A DNA stretch of 64,000 nucleotides. It comes from a virus. Shown piece by piece: positions 53,490 through 62,099 of this stretch (position 1 is its first letter; every line of letters begins with the position of its first letter). The notes beneath the pieces were generated by a model. The model was not told where the DNA came from, made no database searches, and worked only from the letters and a program-made list of their open reading frames with translations. Position numbers and translations under genes: made by a program. The DNA is taken from IMG/VR virus record IMGVR_UViG_3300017917_002762, positions 32,001 through 96,000 of that record; one strand, written 5' to 3'.

Positions 53490-55898
53490 TTAATCTAAAA
53501 ATTCAAGCTGTCCACCAGCTTTTAAAAATTGTTGTATTTCATTCTCATCCATTTCTACTACTTGTCCACCAAGTTGTTGACCTCCATATTTCATAATCTC
53601 ATAATTTGTTCCTGCTAATTTATTATATGAATTTAATTTATTTTTAAAATCAACACCCCATTTTAATTTATTTCCATAATCTTTTCTAGGAATTATATTA
53701 AATACAGATTTATCTCCTTCCATTGCTCTCTTTGCAAAAGCAGGTTGATACCATGCACCTAATGCATATACACCATAATTTTTAATATGATCAGACATTA
53801 AAGATCTTGCAGCAGCATATTCAACATCAGGATTTGTATCAAATGCGGATTTAAATTCATTAAATGTTTTAAAATTAGATCTTAAATTTTTATCATTTTT
53901 AAATATCTGTTTTAGTGTATCTGTTGTAATTTGATATGTTCCAGAAGCAGTTGCTCTTTTACCACCTTTACCAATAAGTCTTGTTCTAAATCCTACTTTA
54001 GTTTGACCAGGTTTTACACCAGATTCATGTCCAGAAACAGCTTGTAATGCAAGATCTACATCAATAGGTCCATCAATAGATCTATTTTTATTAATAGTAT
54101 ATGAAGGACTATTTAAAGGAACAACTGGTGGAGCTACTCTTGTATTATCATGTAAAGCTGAAGGAAGTGAATATAAAGATTCATAATTAATTGGAACTGG
54201 AATATTTTCTTCTGGACTTTCTAATCCATAATCTGCTAATGTTTCTATTTGTGGTTCAAATCCACCAACAGCATATTTAGGAACTTCCATTCCATATTTA
54301 CCATACATACCTTTAAAAGACATATTAGAATAAGATATTTTTTTACCTGTATTAGGATCATAATCTCCTTTACTTGCAGAAGGTGCATTTGAAAATATAG
54401 AATCTGTAGAACCTTGTGATATTAATGAATTGTTATAATCATCATTTAATCTACTTTGTTCCATAGAATTTGTAATTAAATCTCCTATACCAATAAGATT
54501 AGAATTAAAATCAGAAATACCTCTCATTGTTTTTTGAAATTTAGTTTTTCCATTATTCCATCTATCAATAAAAGAAGATTTATTATTTGTTATATCATAT
54601 GGATCAGATGCATCAGATGTTTCTATTACATTACTTCTATCAGAATAATATTGAGAATTATCTTGATTATTATTTGTATTCCAAGTGTTTACAAAACCAT
54701 TATCAGGAGATATTTGAATTTCTTCACCATCATTTATTTTTGGACCGCCCCCTTTAAAATAATATCCACCAGCAGAAACATAAGTACCTGAATCAGAATT
54801 TTTATGAAACTTACCATCCATTCCATAATATCCCCCATGTTTAAAATTTCTCATAGCAGGAAATACATTTCCTCCTTCTTCATGAAATCCGTGATGTTTT
54901 TTAAATGTTTGTGCAAGATTCCATTGAGGACTTCCTTTAGGACAATCATAATTAGGAGATCCTGGTGTACATCTTCCTGGATGTTTAACAGCACTTTGTA
55001 TCCAATTACCTCCTGTTTTATATTCTGGTATTAATGGACCACCATATTTTCTCATTAAATTATTATAATTTGTATTTGCTATTTCAGGAGCAGGAGTTCT
55101 ATTTATTCTAAAAGGATTATTAGTACTAGAAACTGATCTCATAGTATTAGCTGGTGACATAGGTTGTCTATTTGCAGCACTATAATTTACAGGATTAGGT
55201 TTTGTATTTTGATATTCTGTATTTTTTTCTACTTCCCAATAAGGTTGTCCTTTTAAAACTGTTGTACCAGGACCATATGTATCTGGAATAATACCATTTC
55301 TAAAAGCACTATCTATTTCGCTTTTATTCCAATTTCCTTCAAAAATAGGTTTATATATTTTTTGAGCAGATGTTTTACCAAAATTATCTTTATAATAATT
55401 AGGTGAATTTAATAATTCATACCTTATTTTTTTACTTGGTGCTGTAGTTTTTTGAAAATCATTAAATATAGCAGCACTTCTTGCACCTAACATATTGTCT
55501 GGTGCAAAAGATTGTACACCATTATAATTAACAAATCCTGCTTTTGCTGCACCATATTTGTTAATCATTTGTTTCATTAATTCTGGATTATTACTAGAAA
55601 TATGTTTATACATATCTTCTTGAAAATTTCTAGCATTATCAGTTCTCCAACCATATTTTTTACCAGCTTCCATTAATTGTTCTGGTGTTATATTTTGAGT
55701 ATTATTATAAAAAGAATTATTTTGACCTGTAGGTGTTAACTGACGACCAGATGTATAAACTTGTATACCATTTTGTGCTTCTTGTAATTTATCACACGCT
55801 TCAGGGTAATCATTGCAAAATGATTCTTGGTCAGGATAATAATTATAAAACTCATTTTCTGTTAAACCTGTAAGGTTTAATATTTCTTGCTTATTCAT
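53490..55898 (-). CDS. Modular virion protein with a C-terminal lysozyme/lytic-transglycosylase-like domain
   Basis: LQAVSGHESG...TASGTYQIT...YAAARS (catalytic E-S and G.YQ motifs); many xxxGG motifs. Confidence 0.65.
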   Translation of the reverse strand: MNKQEILNLTGLTENEFYNYYPDQESFCNDYPEACDKLQEAQNGIQVYTSGRQLTPTGQNNSFYNNTQNITPEQLMEAGKKYGWRTDNARNFQEDMYKHISSNNPELMKQMINKYGAAKAGFVNYNGVQSFAPDNMLGARSAAIFNDFQKTTAPSKKIRYELLNSPNYYKDNFGKTSAQKIYKPIFEGNWNKSEIDSAFRNGIIPDTYGPGTTVLKGQPYWEVEKNTEYQNTKPNPVNYSAANRQPMSPANTMRSVSSTNNPFRINRTPAPEIANTNYNNLMRKYGGPLIPEYKTGGNWIQSAVKHPGRCTPGSPNYDCPKGSPQWNLAQTFKKHHGFHEEGGNVFPAMRNFKHGGYYGMDGKFHKNSDSGTYVSAGGYYFKGGGPKINDGEEIQISPDNGFVNTWNTNNNQDNSQYYSDRSNVIETSDASDPYDITNNKSSFIDRWNNGKTKFQKTMRGISDFNSNLIGIGDLITNSMEQSRLNDDYNNSLISQGSTDSIFSNAPSASKGDYDPNTGKKISYSNMSFKGMYGKYGMEVPKYAVGGFEPQIETLADYGLESPEENIPVPINYESLYSLPSALHDNTRVAPPVVPLNSPSYTINKNRSIDGPIDVDLALQAVSGHESGVKPGQTKVGFRTRLIGKGGKRATASGTYQITTDTLKQIFKNDKNLRSNFKTFNEFKSAFDTNPDVEYAAARSLMSDHIKNYGVYALGAWYQPAFAKRAMEGDKSVFNIIPRKDYGNKLKWGVDFKNKLNSYNKLAGTNYEIMKYGGQQLGGQVVEMDENEIQQFLKAGGQLEFLD

Positions 55899-55910
55899 AA
55901 TAAACGATGT

Positions 55911-55928
55911 ATAATATAATTTACTAAA
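55911..55928 (-). promoter_or_regulatory. Candidate late promoter motif
   Basis: TTTAGTAAATTATATTAT upstream of the 802-aa gene. Confidence 0.3.
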
Positions 55929-55943
55929 TTTTAATGATTTTAT

Positions 55944-58900
55944 CTAATTTTTAAGAAAGTCTAACCAGTTTCTATTATCTTTTTTAACCACTGGGTTTAA
56001 TGTTGATTGTCCACCTATTGCCATTATCTGTCCACCTTGTTTTTTATAACCTTTTGATTTCATATAATTTAAAATTCTTTTATATTCTTTTTCTGATATA
56101 TCTGGTTTTCTTCCTGGAGCAATCATCTGATGAGTTATAATATCTTTAACTGATAAATTATATTTTTTAGCAATTGGAGTATAGTATTCAATAAATGATT
56201 CTATTTGTTGTTGAGTTAACGGTTGTTTATTTGTATCACCTTGAAACTCAACACCTATACTAAAATCATTTACATTATCTCTATTATTCCATTTAGATTC
56301 TCCTGCATGAAATGTTACTTGTTCTGGAGATGCATATACTGTTCTTTTACCATCTTCTTCAATAACTACATGTGATGTATTTGCATTTGGACTCATATAT
56401 TGTTTTCTAACTTCTTCTTCATTAGTCAAAGGATTTGTATAAGCTGTATGATGAAGTACAACATTCTTTATTTCATTTTTAAGTTTATGTCCTTTTTTAT
56501 AACTATCATCTTTAACAGTTCTTACATTAGGTGTTTGTAAATAAGTTTCAGGATATTTATTTATTGGTTGTTTATAATCATAAATATATAATCCATTACC
56601 GCCACTTGTATTTTCTAAATCATAAGCTTTAAGTCTATCTGGAGTTAATTTTTTATCTTTATAAGATAAACCTCTAGAATATGTACCATTATCAAGAGTA
56701 TATGCCTCTAAATATTTATTATTACCTTTTAATCTTTTAAATTCATTTTTTATATGTTCAACACTTCCAGAAACAAGATATTGTTCTTTTGTTGTTGGAT
56801 TTACAAATAATATACGACCACCTTGTACTTGACCATAGTAATCTTTTTTATCATCTCCTTTAACTAATATATTTAATGAACCATCAATAATTTTTCCATT
56901 ATCATCCAATACCTTTATTTTTGGTTGTTTATATGCAGGATTTCCTGATTTTGCTCCATCAATATATTCATTTTTACCTGAAGACTCAGCAAAATCTATA
57001 ATATTATTTTTAAATGTTTTGCTAAATACATAATCTTTATTATTCTTAAAATCCTTATATTGACCTGTATGTAAATTACCATCTTTATCTAAAGCTAATA
57101 CACTTGTATTATCTGGTAATTGATTTTTACTAAAAGGATTAAATGTTGTAATTTCAAGACCATCTGTATTTATGTCTTTATAATCACCTCTATTTCTAAA
57201 ACCAAATTTAACATTTGAAATAGGTAATAATTGTTGTTTATAAGTTCTTCCAGAATTACCAGGTGCATTTATTGTAGTTATTTCTCCAGGATATTTTTGA
57301 TTATAATATTCAAATACTGTTTTTGGTTTATCTGATTCTTTAACTTTTACATCATTGTCGCTACCTGTATGAGTAGCAAATTTACGTTTAATTCCATTTT
57401 CTGCTGTAGTATATAGATCAGAAAGATAATTAAATGAATTATCTATTGTATTAAATATATTACTGTTAGATTGTGTAATATTTTTATTATTGATTAATGT
57501 TGAACCATGTGTAATATCTCCTTGAAATAAATTATTTTTTGCATCTGTTACTGTAATAATATAAGGATTTATTTTAAGATCATTTGATTGAATTTTATTA
57601 TCTTTTTTAGTATTATTTACTGGATTATATGATAAATAATTTTCATAAACTGTAGGTTTATATTTATAAAAAGGTGTCTGTAAAATATTTGTATTTGGAG
57701 ATTTTAGATTAGTTTGTGTATTATTTAAATAGATTTGTTTTTCATTACTTCCATAACCTGCCCAATAATTATTTTTATTTATAAATTTAAGAAGATTTTC
57801 TCTTGCTATTTTATTATCTGATATATCAGCCCATGTTTTACCATTTTTAGTTTTATAATAAGTTTTATTTCCTTCTATTATATAATCATAATGTGGACTA
57901 TAGTTATCTATAATTATTTTTTTATTATCTGTTGTTGGTATCTCTTCAAATCTTAATTCTCTATCAAATTTTTCAGGAATAATTAATTTATTTCCAGATT
58001 TAATTAAATTTGGATTCTGTATATTATTAGCATTGGCTAATGTATTTAAAGGAACATTATATCTATTTGATATATTTGATAGCGTATCTCCTTTTTGAAT
58101 TTGATATGTACTACCTCCTTTTTGATATTCCATACCATACATATCATTAGCTGCACGTTTATATCCTTTTGTAGCAAAATAATCTGCTACATCCCAAGAA
58201 GGTGCTTCTATATATTCTTGTGTTTGATAAGGTTGATAAGATAGTTGTTCAGGACCTGTTTGTATAATAGTTGGATATACTATATTATCACTACTACCCA
58301 TTAACAATGTTGATATGTCATTGCTATTAGGATCCTGTCCAGGAATATATTTTGTAGGAATACCTCCTTGATAACCAAATCCAGCAGCACGTTGCATAAA
58401 GTTTTTACCTAAATTTCTTTGTAACAAAACTTTAGAAATAGCATCCATGCTTGGATCATTCACCATAGGCTTATTAGTTCTCCAATACACTTCTTTTCCT
58501 GTCTGTGCTGTTATAAATGGTCTTTTATTATTAGTTTTTGCAATTGTATTTAAGATATTTATGATTGTTTCGTCATCATAATAGTGTCTTAAATCTTCTA
58601 AAGGGCTATAAATAGAATCATTACTTAAAATTGACTTATCAACTTTTTGTCCAGGTTTAAGATTAAGAGTTCTTCTAATATCCATTATTCTTGGATACAT
58701 TCCATCTTTATTTAAATATTTTTCTATTTTTTTCCAAACATTATCATAAAGTTTAGGAACTCTTTTATATATTTCTTCAAAAGTTTCTTTTGTAAATTTA
58801 TTTGTTTTTGGATTATAGTTAGATATTCCCATTTGTTCTACAAAACGAGCTTTAGAATCTTTTTTATTAAAATATTTCCAATCAATAACATCTTCCATTG

Positions 58901-61900
58901 CTTTTTGTAAAGGTTGTGCTGCATGTACTCCTTCATGAGCAATTGTTCCTGGTAAATTAAAAGAATTAACTATAATTTGTTTTGTATTTGGATTATAACT
59001 TCCTAATTCAGATACTCCTGTTATATAATTATGACTATTAAAATAAGGATTTCCACCAAATGTACTTGGAGATTTCCATTCTTGTAACTCATTATTATAT
59101 TCAAGATCACTTGCAGAAACATCAGCTTTTTTAACAAGTTCTCTACTAAAAGTTGGAGTATTTTGTAAAATATTTATAGCTTGAGAAGTTAACTGACTTG
59201 GATTTGTATTTTGGTGAAAAAAACTCTCTTGTAAGTTTTGTTTTAATCTTTTTTGTGTTTCTGAATTTTGATACCAATTTTTTAAAAATGGATCAAGATC
59301 ATTATACATTTTATATGTACTTTGAACATTATCTAAATTATACCACCAATCTAATATAGTGTTACCTCTTTTTTTACCAGTTGTACCACCACCTTGATAA
59401 CTATTTTTAATCTTTCTTTCTTGTTCCAACATTTCTTTTGTTGGAGCTTTACCAGATCCTCTATTGGCTCTAATATTATCCCACAATCCTCTTCTAGAAT
59501 ATGATCCATCTGCACGTTTTATCATTTCACCACCATCTTCATATTCTTGAAATATCCCTTGTTGTTTTAATTTATTAATTTCTTCTGGAGTATAATAACC
59601 AATTTGAGAAGGTAATAAAGAAGTATTATAACCAATTAATCTACTATCGGGAAATTTAGTATACACTGGTGCTCCTGATGGTTGTAATATAAAATAATTT
59701 TTTTGTGGAATAATTTTTTTATTTGTTAATTTAGGATTTATAGAATAATTATTATATGTGGGAATTTGATTTAAGTTTTCTTTTTCTTTATATAATACTT
59801 GTTGTACTGGTTTTTTATATTCATGCACTCCATAAGTAGCTGTATTTCTATCTATCCCTGCATTTATTAAATCCTGCCTAGTTAAATTAGTAGGTCTTCT
59901 ATTTTTATCTACTAAAAACTCCCCATTTGAATTTTTTTGCATAATAATACTATACCCCCTTATAGGCTTAATTTGTTCATCCGAAATTGGAGTATAAACA
60001 CCTGACAAAAGATTGTTACTTTTTATAAAATTTAAGTAATTATTTACTTTAGGATGACTACTTGTATATAAACTCAAACTATCATCATAAGCTTGTTTTC
60101 TTTTTTTATATTCATTAATATCAGATGTAATAAAAGGTGCAACATTTCCACCACCTTGCATCATAGGATATTCATCTACATAATTAGCTCCAGGAAAATA
60201 GTAATCTTGTTCTGGGTACATCATAGTAGTCATACCATTATTAGCTTTAGCTAATACAGGATATGGTACATTTTGCATAGTTATATTTTTACCTGATATT
60301 CTAGTAATTTCTCCAGGATGTGCCCATTGTCCTCTGTTATCTTTTATTATACCACCATGTTTATGTTGCTTAACTCCATAATGAGGAAGCATTACATGTT
60401 CTCCTTTTTGAAAAGGTCTTGATATGTCTTTTGGAATTACACCTCTTTTTACTTGCTCATCTATTTCAGAGTTTAGATATTTTGAAATATCATCTGCTCC
60501 ATATCCATATTTTGATAAAAATCCCATTGGGTTCATCGGTTTATAACCAAGAAACTGAGGATCTCCTTTAGTGTATTTAAACACTTGTTTTAACTGAGGA
60601 AGATATGAACTATGTGATGTGTTTGTACTTCCTGTAAATACATCTCCAGACTTAATACCTTCAGGAGCAAAGTTAACTTTTTTAGAAACATTTTTTAAAT
60701 TACCTGATTCTGCTAAAAAAAGATCTGGAACTTTTTCAAGAACTTCTCCAGGATGATATGGATAATCTTGTATATTTTTATTTATAAAGTTTTTTAACTT
60801 ATAATTAATAATTTGACTAGTTCGTCTTTTTTGATTAACATATCTATTCCAATCATCACCTAAAGTTTGAAAAAGTGTTCTTCTAGATTCTTCTTGTCCT
60901 GGAATAAGTGTTCTTCCTCTTCTAGAACCAGTATTTATTTCTGAACTATAATTATCTAATGTATGTCTAAGAATATCACTTCTGTTTAGAATATCACTTC
61001 TGTTTTGTGTTGGCATAGTAGACCTAGCAAAATTAATAAGTTCTTCTTCTGTCATACCAGCAAGAGCAGCAAAATTTGATATTTCTTCAGGAGAACTATT
61101 CATTATATCAATCGTTGTTTGGATTGGAGTAGAGGTTCTTCTTGGAGGTCTTTGTAAATTTATTCTATTTATTATATTATTAGATTCAGCAGTTTCTCTT
61201 CTACCAAAACCTCTATCTAATAAAGATTGAGCTTCTTCTTTAGATGCACCAAATAATTTTTGAAAATGTTCTTCTGGAAGATTATTATTTAAACCATATC
61301 TCATTTGTTCAGCATATGATGCATTAGTTGCTCTAAGTCTACCTATTTCTTGAACTTTTCTAAAAGTTTTAACATCTTCAGGATTCATTCTTGGAATATC
61401 TTTTTTTAAAGGGATACCATTAATTCTTCCAATTGCTTCTTTAACGTTTTCAGCTCTTGGAATATCTAAAAAAGTTTTAACTACATTTTGTGTAATAGGA
61501 TGTTTAATTAAATTTGGAACACCTAAAGCCATATTATTTAAAAATTCAGCATTAGAAACTTCATTGGTCCAAAACTTTTTACTAATTGGATTTATACTTC
61601 CAGATCCCATAGATCTACCCATAACTAATGGAGTGGCAATAGCTGTAAGATATGGAAGAATAGAGTTAGATTGTTGAGCTTCATAAGGAGCTTGCGCTAA
61701 ATTTCCTGCTATATCTCCAACCCATTGAACAGGATTTAATGCATGAGGTAATTTATTTATTTTTCCTCTTTGTTTTAAAGCATTTCCTCTAACATAATTT
61801 TTTTCTCTCCAATTCATTTTATCAAATGTTTTTCTTTGACCATTTGGTAATGTATATGGAAGATTTTTTTCTATTGTTTCTATAGGATTTGAAGTAGATA

Positions 61901-62093
61901 TAAAAAATTTATTAGGATATGCATCTCTTAATACTCTTTGATTAAAAGCATATTGTTCAGCTTCTTTTTTAAATTGTTCTTTTGTTTTATTAATAATAGG
62001 TCTTTTTACAAATGTATTATCTGATAAAACAGGAGATGTATAGTTATATACAACTTCATTTCCTAATTGATATTGATCTAACCATTTTTTCAT
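55944..62093 (-). CDS. Modular virion protein (2049 aa): HExxH metallopeptidase-like, LysM and N-acetylmuramoyl-L-alanine amidase domains
   Basis: IAHEGVHA; YQIQKGDTLSNIS..LANANNI.NPNLIKSG.KLIIP (LysM); VVLHHTA..SHVVI..FHAG..SIGVEF..ITHQMIAPGRKPD (Amidase_2). Confidence 0.85.
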   Translation of the reverse strand: MKKWLDQYQLGNEVVYNYTSPVLSDNTFVKRPIINKTKEQFKKEAEQYAFNQRVLRDAYPNKFFISTSNPIETIEKNLPYTLPNGQRKTFDKMNWREKNYVRGNALKQRGKINKLPHALNPVQWVGDIAGNLAQAPYEAQQSNSILPYLTAIATPLVMGRSMGSGSINPISKKFWTNEVSNAEFLNNMALGVPNLIKHPITQNVVKTFLDIPRAENVKEAIGRINGIPLKKDIPRMNPEDVKTFRKVQEIGRLRATNASYAEQMRYGLNNNLPEEHFQKLFGASKEEAQSLLDRGFGRRETAESNNIINRINLQRPPRRTSTPIQTTIDIMNSSPEEISNFAALAGMTEEELINFARSTMPTQNRSDILNRSDILRHTLDNYSSEINTGSRRGRTLIPGQEESRRTLFQTLGDDWNRYVNQKRRTSQIINYKLKNFINKNIQDYPYHPGEVLEKVPDLFLAESGNLKNVSKKVNFAPEGIKSGDVFTGSTNTSHSSYLPQLKQVFKYTKGDPQFLGYKPMNPMGFLSKYGYGADDISKYLNSEIDEQVKRGVIPKDISRPFQKGEHVMLPHYGVKQHKHGGIIKDNRGQWAHPGEITRISGKNITMQNVPYPVLAKANNGMTTMMYPEQDYYFPGANYVDEYPMMQGGGNVAPFITSDINEYKKRKQAYDDSLSLYTSSHPKVNNYLNFIKSNNLLSGVYTPISDEQIKPIRGYSIIMQKNSNGEFLVDKNRRPTNLTRQDLINAGIDRNTATYGVHEYKKPVQQVLYKEKENLNQIPTYNNYSINPKLTNKKIIPQKNYFILQPSGAPVYTKFPDSRLIGYNTSLLPSQIGYYTPEEINKLKQQGIFQEYEDGGEMIKRADGSYSRRGLWDNIRANRGSGKAPTKEMLEQERKIKNSYQGGGTTGKKRGNTILDWWYNLDNVQSTYKMYNDLDPFLKNWYQNSETQKRLKQNLQESFFHQNTNPSQLTSQAINILQNTPTFSRELVKKADVSASDLEYNNELQEWKSPSTFGGNPYFNSHNYITGVSELGSYNPNTKQIIVNSFNLPGTIAHEGVHAAQPLQKAMEDVIDWKYFNKKDSKARFVEQMGISNYNPKTNKFTKETFEEIYKRVPKLYDNVWKKIEKYLNKDGMYPRIMDIRRTLNLKPGQKVDKSILSNDSIYSPLEDLRHYYDDETIINILNTIAKTNNKRPFITAQTGKEVYWRTNKPMVNDPSMDAISKVLLQRNLGKNFMQRAAGFGYQGGIPTKYIPGQDPNSNDISTLLMGSSDNIVYPTIIQTGPEQLSYQPYQTQEYIEAPSWDVADYFATKGYKRAANDMYGMEYQKGGSTYQIQKGDTLSNISNRYNVPLNTLANANNIQNPNLIKSGNKLIIPEKFDRELRFEEIPTTDNKKIIIDNYSPHYDYIIEGNKTYYKTKNGKTWADISDNKIARENLLKFINKNNYWAGYGSNEKQIYLNNTQTNLKSPNTNILQTPFYKYKPTVYENYLSYNPVNNTKKDNKIQSNDLKINPYIITVTDAKNNLFQGDITHGSTLINNKNITQSNSNIFNTIDNSFNYLSDLYTTAENGIKRKFATHTGSDNDVKVKESDKPKTVFEYYNQKYPGEITTINAPGNSGRTYKQQLLPISNVKFGFRNRGDYKDINTDGLEITTFNPFSKNQLPDNTSVLALDKDGNLHTGQYKDFKNNKDYVFSKTFKNNIIDFAESSGKNEYIDGAKSGNPAYKQPKIKVLDDNGKIIDGSLNILVKGDDKKDYYGQVQGGRILFVNPTTKEQYLVSGSVEHIKNEFKRLKGNNKYLEAYTLDNGTYSRGLSYKDKKLTPDRLKAYDLENTSGGNGLYIYDYKQPINKYPETYLQTPNVRTVKDDSYKKGHKLKNEIKNVVLHHTAYTNPLTNEEEVRKQYMSPNANTSHVVIEEDGKRTVYASPEQVTFHAGESKWNNRDNVNDFSIGVEFQGDTNKQPLTQQQIESFIEYYTPIAKKYNLSVKDIITHQMIAPGRKPDISEKEYKRILNYMKSKGYKKQGGQIMAIGGQSTLNPVVKKDNRNWLDFLKN
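60970..61005. repeat. 18-bp perfect tandem duplication
   Basis: AGAATATCACTTCTGTTT x2, encoding NRSDIL-NRSDIL. Confidence 0.9.
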
Positions 62094-62099
62094 TTTATA

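Noticed and set aside
2778-55034. Many short opposite-strand or nested ORFs in the track (e.g. 2778-2966, 4584-4850, 6191-6406, 39275-39598, 45521-45808, 54534-54791)
   Set aside because: They lie antisense to well-supported genes, have shadow-type composition and show no motifs.
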